Below, piece by piece: positions 35,526 to 46,172 of a stretch of 64,000 bases of DNA (positions are counted from its first letter, which is position 1; every line of letters begins with the position of its first letter). Position numbers and translations under genes: made by a program. The notes beneath the pieces were generated by a model. That model did no database searches. It was not told the DNA's origin and saw nothing but the letters and a program-made list of their open reading frames with translations. The DNA is taken from IMG/VR virus record IMGVR_UViG_3300023055_000005; one strand, 5' to 3'. The stretch is from a virus (taxonomy: Duplodnaviria; Caudoviricetes).

Positions 35526-38459
35526 TTAGTGCCAGCTCAGCGGGACAATGTCACGCGGCGAACCAGCACTGGTGGGGATTGCCGAACCGATGGCAGTGGT
35601 CGAGGGACGGTAGTTACCCAGACGCGTCACCTTGACGATGTTCAACGAGGTGATGGACGTCGGACCCGTGACGATCGTGCCGATGAACATGTTGGCCGCC
35701 GACTCGGGGACTTCATCCAATTGGATCGAGTAGACCAACTGACCTGCGACCAGACGCACGTAGACGTAGAACGTCTTGTTGGCCGGATCGGCTACCAGAT
35801 CATTGAGGAACACGGTGACAGGTTCGAGCACGTACTTGCGCCCTGCCAGAATCACATCCGTCGGTTCAGTGAAGGACACATTCCACTGCGCAGGCTTCAG
35901 CATGGACAGCAGCACAATGTTGTCAGGCGAACGCGTCGTCAGGTCGTACAGCTCCTTCTCCGTGTCGCCTTCGAAGGTGTAGACGATCTTGGAGAACGAG
36001 TCGTAGCCGGAGTTGCAACGAGCCACGCACATGCCGACACCTGGGAACCACTGACGCTTGGCCATGCCGTTGCTGACATCGGAGATGCCGACAGAAACCT
36101 TCTCAAACTTGCGGGTTGCCTTGTTGAGCGCAAACCGCCACGTCGGATAGCCGGAGCTACCAGAACGCTGCACATGGCGACCGCCGTGTCCAGTGAGGAA
36201 CCAGTAGTTATCCGATTCGATATACGACATCGAACCAGCTCGCCGTTGCGTGGAGAGGTTCATGCTGAAGTTGGCGACGTTGTTGTCGAAGATGGTCTGG
36301 ATGATCGAGGCGTCATCCCACGTCACTCCAGTCACCGTACCGTTCTTGGTGTTCGGCTCGGCCAAGATAAACACCACACCGATGCGTGCACCAGGAGTCA
36401 GGTACATTGCCGACATTACCGCCGGGCCAGTCCTGGGGATCAGCCACTCGACAGTGAAGTCTGCTTCATTGCTCGTGAAGTCTGCGCTGAAGGCCGCTGT
36501 GATCTTAGCCTTCAGTGCTGCACGCAGCGTGTCGAAGTAGGCCGGGGTGATCGCCAGCGTGTGGGTGTACGTCAGGTCCGAAGCGATGCCGCGGTAGAGC
36601 AGTGTACGCTGACCGTGAATGAAACTGACCTGATCGGTGACCATGTAAGACTTGTCACTGATCTTGCACTCGTTCATGATCATGTAGGTCAGTTCGGACA
36701 GCCCCACGCGAACCTCACCCAGCTCCTGTCGATATGCCCTCGGGATCGAACCGGGCAGCGTACCGAAGTCCAGCGACTGGTAGGTGAAGGTGGTCTCAAA
36801 GCCGACGTCGCCGTAGGCCATGTGTTCCTGCCAACGGCCGGCGGCTGAGTTGCCTTCGCAGTGCACCATCACCTTGCCGTTGCCAACAAAGATGGGAGCG
36901 CCAAAGCGACGACCGAACGCCCCACCGAACTGAGGAGCGAAGGAAACACTGGAGGAGTAGGTGACAGGCGTGTCCAGCCCCAGATCAAGAATCTGCGAGA
37001 CCTTGGTAGAACCGGCGTACTTGCGACGAACCAACTGATGGCTGTAAGCGCCCCACCAGTTCATCTGGGACATCAGGTAGCTAGGCACACGCGTGCCGTT
37101 GGCCTGACGGTCGTAGACGAACAGATAGTCCGTGCCACGATCGCTTACACCGCTGCGACTACGGGCAGCCAGTTTGCCGGTGTAGGTGATATCAGGGCCA
37201 TTGACGGTGACAGTCATCGGTGCAGTGGGTGGATTCACCGTACCGAGCTGTTCGATGGCCGAGGCCTTCTTGTTGACGAAGTCAACCTTGACGCCCCATA
37301 CCCACACGTTCCACGTACCACGAGCAGCCTGACCGGGTGGGGTCCAGTTGAACTGCATCTGCTGTTCGAAGTTGGCGTGGTAGACACCATCCTCCATCGT
37401 CCCATGAATACCAGCGCGGGTATTGTGGGAACGAATCAACGTGATGCTCATCGAGGAACCGTCGGGCGTCTGCCAATGAATGAACGGCAACGTGCTCAGG
37501 TTCGAGCTGGTGCCCTGTTGAGTCATCTGCAGGACTTCCTGACCAGTACGAGTGACACCGTAGAGATCGGTGACTTCCCAACCGGTCTCTGCACGGATCT
37601 CAGACACATTGCCAGCACGCACCTGACTTTCAGCAACCGAGTAGACCGTGATGGACATACCCGTGTTGTTGTTTCCGCGAGGAGTCAGGAAGTAGATGCG
37701 ACCACCGTGGTAGACCATGTCCACACGGCTGCAATTGTAGGTGCCGCCTTCGTGCCACTCTGCCGGGATCTGAGCAAGCGGAACCAAGGAGCCGATGTGG
37801 GCAGCGTCATCCAGCGTACCGCCGGCCATTGCAAGGAAGACTGCAATCTCACCCGACGGCTTGGATGCCAGCCCGAAGATGACATCACGGGTGGAGCGGA
37901 ACAACATGATCGGTGCCCAGCCTGCCGAGGTCAGGAACGAAGGCATGTAGCGACGAGAGGTCGCACGAATGGCCAACGGGACAGCCTGGTTGAGCGGATC
38001 GAGCACGTAGGAGTAGTAGATGCCACGGGTGCCGCCATCCGTACCTGGACGCAGCATGACCAGCGTGCCATCGTCTTCGATGTTCAGTGCGAGGTGGAGA
38101 TTGTCCGTGGGCTGGATAGCGCCCTCGTAACTGCCGGACACACCAACAGGCAGGAAGTTCAACGAACCGTAGCGACTGATGGGGAGCACGCCACTGGGGA
38201 TGCGTCCACCCAACATGGTGTCCAGTTCCTCCTTGCTGTAGGTGTTCACCTGCTCGGGAGTTACCACATGGACGTTACTACGGTTGGCGATATGGGAGGT
38301 GCTGATCTCCCGGACGTAAGCGATGACCTGAGCCCGCGTACGACCCATCCACTTCAAGGCGTTATCGCCCTTTACGACGCGATTGGCCTTCGCTCGGAAC
38401 AACACGCCGAGTCGGTCAAAGAACTTGGTAATAGCCTGCTTGACGGGCGAAGTGTCCAT
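35526..38459 (-). CDS. Tail fibre/receptor-binding protein B
   Basis: About 977 aa from MDTSPVK; SNVHVVTPEQV…PSGVLPISRYG; paralog of 32595..35510. Confidence 0.75.
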   Translation of the reverse strand: MDTSPVKQAITKFFDRLGVLFRAKANRVVKGDNALKWMGRTRAQVIAYVREISTSHIANRSNVHVVTPEQVNTYSKEELDTMLGGRIPSGVLPISRYGSLNFLPVGVSGSYEGAIQPTDNLHLALNIEDDGTLVMLRPGTDGGTRGIYYSYVLDPLNQAVPLAIRATSRRYMPSFLTSAGWAPIMLFRSTRDVIFGLASKPSGEIAVFLAMAGGTLDDAAHIGSLVPLAQIPAEWHEGGTYNCSRVDMVYHGGRIYFLTPRGNNNTGMSITVYSVAESQVRAGNVSEIRAETGWEVTDLYGVTRTGQEVLQMTQQGTSSNLSTLPFIHWQTPDGSSMSITLIRSHNTRAGIHGTMEDGVYHANFEQQMQFNWTPPGQAARGTWNVWVWGVKVDFVNKKASAIEQLGTVNPPTAPMTVTVNGPDITYTGKLAARSRSGVSDRGTDYLFVYDRQANGTRVPSYLMSQMNWWGAYSHQLVRRKYAGSTKVSQILDLGLDTPVTYSSSVSFAPQFGGAFGRRFGAPIFVGNGKVMVHCEGNSAAGRWQEHMAYGDVGFETTFTYQSLDFGTLPGSIPRAYRQELGEVRVGLSELTYMIMNECKISDKSYMVTDQVSFIHGQRTLLYRGIASDLTYTHTLAITPAYFDTLRAALKAKITAAFSADFTSNEADFTVEWLIPRTGPAVMSAMYLTPGARIGVVFILAEPNTKNGTVTGVTWDDASIIQTIFDNNVANFSMNLSTQRRAGSMSYIESDNYWFLTGHGGRHVQRSGSSGYPTWRFALNKATRKFEKVSVGISDVSNGMAKRQWFPGVGMCVARCNSGYDSFSKIVYTFEGDTEKELYDLTTRSPDNIVLLSMLKPAQWNVSFTEPTDVILAGRKYVLEPVTVFLNDLVADPANKTFYVYVRLVAGQLVYSIQLDEVPESAANMFIGTIVTGPTSITSLNIVKVTRLGNYRPSTTAIGSAIPTSAGSPRDIVPLSWH

Positions 38460-38536
38460 GTTTTTACCTAGTTGCTGAAATAGAAAGATAAGGGCTCTCT
38501 GCCCGATGCATAGCATCAGACAGAGAGCGAGACTTA

Positions 38537-39265
38537 TCAGCGTATCCAAAGGCTACTGAGTGCGGTCGGGTCCATGGGCATGCCTTCAGTGCGAGGAATT
38601 GCACTGCCAGATGGAGTCTGGGATACGGTGAAGGTGTCCAGGCGCTGTCTCGCCGTCCCGAAGGAAGCGGTGATATTGCCGGAGTTGTCCGCCCGTACGG
38701 TAGCCATGTACATTCGGTTGAGTGATTCGCCGAGCTTTTCCGGGGTACAGACGTAGACGGGCGATCCTTCGCTCATCGAAACGTAGACGTTGACGTCCTT
38801 GCCTGCGTAGTCTGCCAGTGATCCGAAGATCTGACTCAGACGCAGGGTCGTCGCTCCGATGGAGAAGAAACGACCCAACATCAGAACCGACTGTGACCGG
38901 ATGGTGAACTGATCCCCAGAGTAAGGCCAGATCAACAACGTGGATGTTGCTGTCCCCAATCCCACTGCTGAGATAGGAAGAATGCCAGATGGGATCAACC
39001 CAGCCAGCAACGCATCAACCTCACCGATGCTGTAAGCTCCAATTGCCGCTGCCGTGTCACCGTGAGGATTGCTCCTGTTGGTAATGTGAGCATTCTGCGT
39101 GGCATCACTGTCCGTAGTGAGCTTTGCGAGAGTGGAGCCTTCCAGCGTGTCTGCGTTATCCGACGCAAAGGCGGCGGCCCTCTTGGCCGCCGCCAGCTTG
39201 TTGATAGCCGTTGGAATACGATCAATGGCGTCCTGCAGGTCTTGCAAGTCCTGTTCTCTACTCAT
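38537..39265 (-). CDS. Short paralog of the fibre proteins (N- and C-modules only)
   Basis: 242 aa; NRSNPHGDTAAAIG…PSGILPIS joined directly to the shared C-domain …GSAIPRTEGMPMDPTALSSLW. Confidence 0.7.
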   Translation of the reverse strand: MSREQDLQDLQDAIDRIPTAINKLAAAKRAAAFASDNADTLEGSTLAKLTTDSDATQNAHITNRSNPHGDTAAAIGAYSIGEVDALLAGLIPSGILPISAVGLGTATSTLLIWPYSGDQFTIRSQSVLMLGRFFSIGATTLRLSQIFGSLADYAGKDVNVYVSMSEGSPVYVCTPEKLGESLNRMYMATVRADNSGNITASFGTARQRLDTFTVSQTPSGSAIPRTEGMPMDPTALSSLWIR

Positions 39266-39282
39266 CGTCGTATCCCCTTGGA

Positions 39283-42200
39283 TCAGCCCAGACCGGTTGC
39301 AGCGGTATCGAACGATTCGGTCAAGCTTGCGATCAGCAGGTCCATGTCGGCACTTGCAGAACCGAAGATCTTGACTTCCTCGAACGCGCCATCACCCAGG
39401 CCCGCAAACAGGCGACCGGTGATCTGGTTGTTGTACATGCGACCGGGCTTGATCAGCTCGTCTGCCGTCTGGTCCGAAGATGCCCAGCCCGAACCCGTCC
39501 ACTGCTGCACGGCACCAGTACGGCCATCGATGATGGTCGGACGCGAACCGGGGAGCGAGTCGTACAGGAAACGAGTGGGGTTGTTCAGACCCAGATAACC
39601 GATGCTGACCGGACCATCGAACACTGCCAGCTCCGGCAGGTCATCCAGCGAGAACGACAGCTGTGCAGCGGCCACGTAGTTCTTCAGGCGCGCATCGGTC
39701 GGCAGGATGGTAGCTGCGCCGGTCGAGTCGAGGATGAAGTCCGTGGTGCGTACGGTGAAGACCTTGCCAACGCGGGTGACACGGATACGGCAGCCACCCA
39801 ACTGGTAAGCCCACCCGGTGTTGCCGGTGATCTCGCCAGCGTTGACGCGACGGGTGTCGTTCTGCACGCCATCGCCCCACTTCAGCTTGTTGGTCGACTT
39901 GATCAACTTGCTGTCGCGCTGACCCAGGCAGTACTGAATACCCATCAGGGCCATCGGAGCGGTGGTGTTGCCAGCCGGAACGTGCTGCGTGGTCAGACCA
40001 GCAGCGAAGCCCAGCGAGCCACCCGGCGTACGGGTAACCGTGATGGTACGGACCACGCCACCGTCATCGAACGCACCGATCACCAGACCCACCAAGCCCT
40101 TGGTTGCCGAACGGCTGTCAACCAGCACTTCGAAATCGAAATCTTCGAAGGTCTCATTGGACAGCAGGCCGACTACGCGGGGACTGGTGCGGGAGTTCTC
40201 GGTACGACCGGTTGCGGTGTTGTAGGACCATGCAGCCTTGTCAGCCGCATCACCATCGGGCTCACCTTCGCTGTTGATGGACACGCGCCGGTAGGTGTTC
40301 ACCAGCTCGGTCGGATCGTCAGCATCGGTCTGCATCGAGGCCAGTTCGGAATCGTTCAGCACGATACCCAGACGACTCACCACACGGCTCAGCGAAGCGC
40401 CGGGGTTGCCGTTGTCTTCATCCGTGAAGAGCACCTGACCACGCTTGCCGGAGTAGAGAGCCACGTCCAGCTTCTTGCCCATGGCTGCATCGACTTCAGC
40501 GTAGGTGTAAGCACCCACCTGCCCGGCCGAGACTTCGTGCGGATTGTCCTTGCGGTTGGCATGACCATCCACGCCGCCGGAGATCAGCGGCATGACGTAC
40601 TGCTTGACGCGCAGCGGGGTCATGTACTTGACGTTGGAGGCACCGTCGATCGCTTCCTGTTCGGTTGCGATACCGTAGTTCAGAACGGCGCTGAGGCCAA
40701 CCTGAGCCTTGGTTACCTGATGCGGATTGTCCAGGTTGCTCAAGTGCGGACCGACCACATCGCTGTCGTAGGCAAACAGCGCCGTACGGAAGCCGAGCGG
40801 GGTGACGTACTTGTTGTTGACCGAGGTGACTTCCAGTCGACCAGCAGCCTGCATTTCCGCGGTGGTGGCGATGCCGTAGTTCTGCACCGAACCCAGGCCG
40901 ACCTGAGCAGCCGACACCTTGTGCGGGTTGTCGGTACGTGCCGCGAAGACGTCGAACACCGTCGCCTTGAAATCACCGACGACGCTCTTGACCAACAGGG
41001 GCGTCATGTAGCGCGTGTTCAACGTGCCATCGAGCGCTTCCTGCGTGTTGGCGATCGCATAGTTCTGGACAGAGCCCAGACCCACTTGTGCCTTGGTCAC
41101 TTCATGCGGGTTGTCCTTGCGACCGCTGTGCGCCGAGACCACGTCGGTCATCTGCGCGGCAATGGCCTGCTTGGTCCGCTGCGGCGTCATGTAGGCGGTG
41201 TTGATGTCGCCCGACTCAGCCTGCTGTTGCGTTGCGATCGGGTAATCCTGGACCGACCCCAGACCCACCTGTGCCTTACTGACACGATGCGGGTTGTCGT
41301 AGTTGGTCACGTGACCGCCGGTCAGTTCGCCGCTGATCTGGTTGACCATGTAGCGAACCAACAGAGGCGTCATGTAACGGTCATCACGCTGACCATCCAG
41401 AGCTTCCTGCTCGGTAGCGATCGGATAGTTCTGCACCAAGTTCAGGCCAACCTGCGCCTTGGTCACTTTGTGCGGATTGCCGAAGTCGTTGGCATGCGTG
41501 GTGAACAGATCACCCACCTGCTTCTTGATGGCCTGCTGCGTACGCTGCGGGGTCATGTAGCGGGTAGCCGACGTGCCATCCTCAGCCTCGCCTACCGTGG
41601 CGATGGCATAGTTGAGGACGTTGCCCAAGCCAACCTGCGCCTTGGTAACACCGTGCGGGTTCTGCTTGTCCTGGAGGTGCGCTTCCAAGCGCTGATCCAG
41701 AATGGCGTTGACGCGCAGCGTGACGCCTGCGGGAGTCATGTAGCGCTGATTGCTACCGCCGTTGCTGGCTTCGGTGTCAGTTGCGATCGGGTAGTCCAGC
41801 ACGTTGCCGAGGCCGACCTGGCCCTTGGTAACCTTGTGCGGGTTGTCTTCATCGTTGGCATGTTCGTCGAACAGAGTCCGCATGGTCGTGATGCGACCGT
41901 CCAGCTGCGAGATCTTGTTGTTGACGTGCGCGATGATGGCGTCTTCCACAGCACCGGAACCGGTCAGGATCGCAGTGACCATGTTCTCCAGAACGGGGAT
42001 CAGGTACTCGAAACCGTAGAGGTCGCCGATATCGTGGAAGTGGTCCGAAGGCGCGAAGGTATCGGGCAAGCCGATGATCTCGCCCCAATGCACCGGACGG
42101 TTGTCGATGTTCAGGTTCTTGATGGCGTCTTCCAGCGCACCAGCCGAAACACTGAACTCACCGCCCACGACCTGATAGAAGATCTCAATGTCGGAGGGGA

Positions 42201-42489
42201 CGAGGGTGTCGGTGATGACGATGGCGCAGCAGACTTCCAAACCCGTAGCGAACGATGCATCCTGGTAGAACTCGGTGCACACGTACTGCGTTTTCGGATC
42301 CAGCACCTTGCCGGTGGATTTGACGCGGACCTTCAGCCCTTCCGTGTAGAAGGCGCCGTATTTCGGAACGATAACACGATTCTTCCGGCTCGCCGTCGTC
42401 GCACCAATTGCGTGCGGCTCCGCCTGAACCAGATTGTTCGTGCTCCGCCCGGTCAGGTCCAGGGGATAACGAATGATAAGCGAGGGCAT
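39283..42489 (-). CDS. Long tail fibre protein with NPHxVTKxQVGL repeats (phiKZ gp145/146-like)
   Basis: 1068 aa; YPLDLTGRSTNNLVQAEPH N-terminus; 7 full plus 1 partial repeats of about 56 aa; lectin-like C-domain; GGAG RBS. Confidence 0.85.
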   Translation of the reverse strand: MPSLIIRYPLDLTGRSTNNLVQAEPHAIGATTASRKNRVIVPKYGAFYTEGLKVRVKSTGKVLDPKTQYVCTEFYQDASFATGLEVCCAIVITDTLVPSDIEIFYQVVGGEFSVSAGALEDAIKNLNIDNRPVHWGEIIGLPDTFAPSDHFHDIGDLYGFEYLIPVLENMVTAILTGSGAVEDAIIAHVNNKISQLDGRITTMRTLFDEHANDEDNPHKVTKGQVGLGNVLDYPIATDTEASNGGSNQRYMTPAGVTLRVNAILDQRLEAHLQDKQNPHGVTKAQVGLGNVLNYAIATVGEAEDGTSATRYMTPQRTQQAIKKQVGDLFTTHANDFGNPHKVTKAQVGLNLVQNYPIATEQEALDGQRDDRYMTPLLVRYMVNQISGELTGGHVTNYDNPHRVSKAQVGLGSVQDYPIATQQQAESGDINTAYMTPQRTKQAIAAQMTDVVSAHSGRKDNPHEVTKAQVGLGSVQNYAIANTQEALDGTLNTRYMTPLLVKSVVGDFKATVFDVFAARTDNPHKVSAAQVGLGSVQNYGIATTAEMQAAGRLEVTSVNNKYVTPLGFRTALFAYDSDVVGPHLSNLDNPHQVTKAQVGLSAVLNYGIATEQEAIDGASNVKYMTPLRVKQYVMPLISGGVDGHANRKDNPHEVSAGQVGAYTYAEVDAAMGKKLDVALYSGKRGQVLFTDEDNGNPGASLSRVVSRLGIVLNDSELASMQTDADDPTELVNTYRRVSINSEGEPDGDAADKAAWSYNTATGRTENSRTSPRVVGLLSNETFEDFDFEVLVDSRSATKGLVGLVIGAFDDGGVVRTITVTRTPGGSLGFAAGLTTQHVPAGNTTAPMALMGIQYCLGQRDSKLIKSTNKLKWGDGVQNDTRRVNAGEITGNTGWAYQLGGCRIRVTRVGKVFTVRTTDFILDSTGAATILPTDARLKNYVAAAQLSFSLDDLPELAVFDGPVSIGYLGLNNPTRFLYDSLPGSRPTIIDGRTGAVQQWTGSGWASSDQTADELIKPGRMYNNQITGRLFAGLGDGAFEEVKIFGSASADMDLLIASLTESFDTAATGLG

Positions 42490-42546
42490 GATGACTCCGT
42501 GAAAGCTTGGCGGGAGGGTTACTCCCGCCTAACCGGATGAAAGAAC

Positions 42547-44814
42547 TTATGCGGCCGTACCGATGGCGACGTAGCTGTAGCCCTGAACGCCGATACCGTC
42601 CCAGCGGAAGCGGAAGGCACTGGTGTTGACACCGTCCACCGTCTGCAGGGAGCGAGAGGGCGAGCCGTTGGTCACGTCGTGAGCCTGTGCGACAACTGCC
42701 GGACGGTTCGAGAAGCCACGCATGAACGGGATCACCGAGTTGTTCGCCTGGGTGTTCATCCAGCCGAAGCAGACAAGGATCGGACCGATTCGTGCGTAAC
42801 CACGCTGACCTGAGCCGTAGTTTTCGTACTGACCAGAACCATCGCCGATGCCCAGCGAGTTCAGGTAAGCCTTGATCGCATCTGCCGGAACATAGCGACC
42901 ACCCGTACCGTTGGCGATATCCCACTGGGATGCCGCCGGCCAGTCGTTGATGTTGCCCAACCCAACGTGCCACTTGTTCGTGCCATGCGGGTTGTTGCCA
43001 TTGCCGACGTGCGCTGCGATGTTCGGGTCAGGCTGCGCGGTGGTGTGGACACGCCCCATGTAGGTCGCATCGACCGTTGCACGGATTTCACCACCAGCCC
43101 ATTCCAGATAGATCTGGTTGCCACCGTTGTTGCGGACCTGCCGGTAGTCATCCACCGAACCAAGACCGATCTGGCCCTTGGTTACGCCGTGCGGGTTATC
43201 CCGACGGTTGGAGTGCTGGTCCGAGTAAGCCTTGGCGCGATTCTCTGCGGCCACAGCAACGGAGTCGGTCTGGGCGATGGTGTAAGCACCCACCTGCGCT
43301 GCAGTTACCTGATGCGGGTTGTCACGACGTGCGACGAACGGATCGAAGACCGTGGTCTTGAAGTTGTCGATCGCTTCCTTGGTACGCTGCGGCGTCATGT
43401 ACTTGACGTTGGACGCACCAGCAACCGCTTCCTGTGTCGTGGCAAGGCCGTAGTTCTCGACCGAGCCCAAACCCACCTGCGCCTTGGTGACAGCATGCGG
43501 ATTGGTCTTGTCGTCGATGTGCTTCTGCAGCAGCTTACCAGCCTGCTCCTGGATCGCCTGCGACGTCCGCAAGGGCGTCATGTAGCGGGTGTTGAGGATG
43601 CCGTCACGGGCTTCCTGTTCGGACGGGACGGCGTAGTTCTCCACCAGTGCCAGACCAATCTGAGCACGCGTGACGCGATGCGGGTTGGTGTAGTCGGTGA
43701 TGTGCTCGTCCAGCATCGTACCCGCTACTGCCTGCACCAGCGCCTTACCCGACGCAGGCGTCAGGTAGCGGTTGGTCAGCGCAGCGGCAGCTGCTTCCGC
43801 ATTGGTAGCCGGCGGGTAGTTCTGCACCTGACCCAAGCCAACCTGTTCCTTGGTAACCTTGTGGGGGTTCTCCAAGTCGGTGACGTGGTTGAGCAGATCC
43901 TGCCCGACGCTCTGGGAGATGGTGTGCTTCAAACCTGCCGGAGTCACATACAGGTTGAAAGCCGTACCAAGCAGCGTGGCGGCGTTGTCGGCGGTGCCGT
44001 AGTTCTGTACCAGGCCCAATCCGATCTGCGTCTTGGTGACCGCATGGGGATTGTCGCGACGGGCAACGAATGCATCGAAGTCCGTGCGAATCTGGAAGTT
44101 GATGGCCTGCTTGACGCGCAGAGGCGTCATGTAGCGATCTTCGGCCGTACCCTGTTCTGCCTGCGGGCGGGTCGAGATGCCATAGTTCTCCACCAGGCCA
44201 AGGCCGACTTGTGCCTTGGTGACCTGGTGCGGATTGTTGCGGTTGCCCAGATGCTGGGAGAACTCATCGCTCTGTCGGGCATAGATCGCATCAACGACCT
44301 TCTCCAACACTTCGACGGTTTCCTTCATCCCGATCAGATCGTCCATGTACCACTCATGGTCGGTCGGGGGGAAGCGCGTCGGGCGATCATCCACCTCTTC
44401 CCAGGTGGTGATGCGCGGATTGCCGAGCGCATTGGCGACGATTTCAATCGCCTTCTGCGGATCGATAACCCAGTCGCCGCCGACGGTCTGGTATTCGGCC
44501 AGCTCGACCACACCCGCCAACTGCTTGTTGAGGATGGTGATGGAGCCGTAGACCGGCTTGGCAGTGGAGCGGGAGGCACCGATGAAGAAGTGCGTCGCCA
44601 GCCAGTCCACGCCGTGAATCATTTCCCGGCGCGCACCATTCGCCTCACGGAAGAACACCTTCATGGTGTCCTTGAAGTACGGTGCTGCCTTCGGGATGAG
44701 GAAGTAGTAATCCGAGCTATTCGGAGGGGAGATGACCTGGAACTCGTTGGTCACCTTATTCTCGGGCTTCGTCCCCGTCGGGTCGAAATCCCATTTGACC
44801 TTGTTATCCGGCAT
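42547..44814 (-). CDS. Tail fibre protein with NPHxVTKxQVGL repeats (phiKZ gp145/146-like)
   Basis: 755 aa; WDFDPTGTKPENKVTNE N-terminus; 5 full plus 3 partial repeats; C-terminal small lectin-like domain (GYARIGPILVCFGW…FSNRPAVV). Confidence 0.85.
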   Translation of the reverse strand: MPDNKVKWDFDPTGTKPENKVTNEFQVISPPNSSDYYFLIPKAAPYFKDTMKVFFREANGARREMIHGVDWLATHFFIGASRSTAKPVYGSITILNKQLAGVVELAEYQTVGGDWVIDPQKAIEIVANALGNPRITTWEEVDDRPTRFPPTDHEWYMDDLIGMKETVEVLEKVVDAIYARQSDEFSQHLGNRNNPHQVTKAQVGLGLVENYGISTRPQAEQGTAEDRYMTPLRVKQAINFQIRTDFDAFVARRDNPHAVTKTQIGLGLVQNYGTADNAATLLGTAFNLYVTPAGLKHTISQSVGQDLLNHVTDLENPHKVTKEQVGLGQVQNYPPATNAEAAAAALTNRYLTPASGKALVQAVAGTMLDEHITDYTNPHRVTRAQIGLALVENYAVPSEQEARDGILNTRYMTPLRTSQAIQEQAGKLLQKHIDDKTNPHAVTKAQVGLGSVENYGLATTQEAVAGASNVKYMTPQRTKEAIDNFKTTVFDPFVARRDNPHQVTAAQVGAYTIAQTDSVAVAAENRAKAYSDQHSNRRDNPHGVTKGQIGLGSVDDYRQVRNNGGNQIYLEWAGGEIRATVDATYMGRVHTTAQPDPNIAAHVGNGNNPHGTNKWHVGLGNINDWPAASQWDIANGTGGRYVPADAIKAYLNSLGIGDGSGQYENYGSGQRGYARIGPILVCFGWMNTQANNSVIPFMRGFSNRPAVVAQAHDVTNGSPSRSLQTVDGVNTSAFRFRWDGIGVQGYSYVAIGTAA

Positions 44815-44927
44815 GGTGGACTCCAGCTATGCGTTGACGCTACCTAGGTTGTTAAAAATTACATGCACCATACCATAACGGGACGGTCAAGCCTCTGAGG
44901 TATCGTATAGATTAGGCGAAGGAGCCA

Positions 44928-46172
44928 GTGATGCCCTACACGTACAAAGCCGCCCGCGTGCGTGGGCGTTTGAGCAGCTCGGTCTGGGAAGATATCGACG
45001 CCAGCAACATGGCAATCGATGATCTGCTCACTGACTACTCCAAGGTCTACCTGACCCTGCGGCACCAGTTGATCGATCACGATCTGTTCTTGCTGCTCTC
45101 CGACGCGCAGGAGATGATCCCCAACAAGATCCCCTCCTACAAGGTCAACGAGTGGCTGGCAATGATCGGCGATCGCACGTTGCCGACCAAAGACAAGATG
45201 CCTGATCCCTACTACGGTAAGCTGCGTTACAACGACGCCTTCCGTGCAGGCTACGGTATCCAGCCCACCGTCGCCACGATGCATCACGACTCGGACCTGC
45301 CCACCAGCGCCAAGCCTGACCTGATGCTCACCAAGTCCGGCGTGGACTACATGGAGATGCACAAGTACTGCTTGGCTTCTGTCAACGGTATGTTCCATCC
45401 CACTGCCGCTGGTCCGGATGGCTTCTACATCCTCGATGGCGCACGTCAGGGTCGCATTGCCAACGAGTCGATCGTGGGTCTGTACAACTTCAAGCAGCTC
45501 GGCGAGATCGAGATCATTCCGATCACTGCAGACATGCTGTACAAGACTCACCCGCGTCAGGAATACAAGACCTCGGTCAACCTGCAAATCCCCAAGTCAA
45601 CTTCGGGCAAGGCGGCGCTGCTGGTAATCGGCGGCTACCTGCACGTGCTGGACAACAGTTACAAGCAAGTGGGCGATGGTCTGATCAAGATCGACTTCGC
45701 CAACCTGCCGTGGCTGGAGCGTTACTACGAGTCGCGCAAGCTGCTGGATCTGAGCATGCTCAACTTCAGCGAGTCCACGGTCAATGTCAATCAGCTCACG
45801 CTGGAAGACCTGTACAGCGAAGAGAACATCATCGCGTACCTGACCATGGCCAACTCGTTCGTAGTGCTGGTGGATACCGAGCAGCTCTACATCGATCGCC
45901 ACTTCGTTGAGAAGACCGGACTGAACGGGCGCTACATCTCCCACATCAATCCGGACATGCCGCTCTTCGGTGGCATCGGTCGTGTGTTTGAATACTGGCC
46001 GGTTGAAGAAGATGGTGACTACGTTCTCCAGACGTTGGACAACACGGTGGACATGTTCACCGCTCGTACGACCAACTGGAAGACGCAGACCTCCATCGAC
46101 GACACGCGCTATCCGAAGAACCCGTTCTTCTTCTCCAAGGCCTTCTTCCTCGAAGTCGGTCGTATCGACTAA
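44928..46172 (+). CDS. Conserved virion structural protein
   Basis: 414 aa; AAGGAG RBS; YCLASVNGMFH and LLVIGGYLH motifs seen in phiKZ-like structural proteins encoded next to the fibres. Confidence 0.65.
   Translation: MMPYTYKAARVRGRLSSSVWEDIDASNMAIDDLLTDYSKVYLTLRHQLIDHDLFLLLSDAQEMIPNKIPSYKVNEWLAMIGDRTLPTKDKMPDPYYGKLRYNDAFRAGYGIQPTVATMHHDSDLPTSAKPDLMLTKSGVDYMEMHKYCLASVNGMFHPTAAGPDGFYILDGARQGRIANESIVGLYNFKQLGEIEIIPITADMLYKTHPRQEYKTSVNLQIPKSTSGKAALLVIGGYLHVLDNSYKQVGDGLIKIDFANLPWLERYYESRKLLDLSMLNFSESTVNVNQLTLEDLYSEENIIAYLTMANSFVVLVDTEQLYIDRHFVEKTGLNGRYISHINPDMPLFGGIGRVFEYWPVEEDGDYVLQTLDNTVDMFTARTTNWKTQTSIDDTRYPKNPFFFSKAFFLEVGRID

Noticed and set aside
38460-38549. Signal-peptide-like N-terminus on fibre B (MDTLISLALCLMLC…)
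   Set aside because: It overlaps the upstream gene end and intergenic DNA; ATG 38459 matches the paralog start better.
39283-44814. CRISPR-like DNA repeats
   Set aside because: The repeats are degenerate in-frame protein repeats, not identical direct repeats with spacers.
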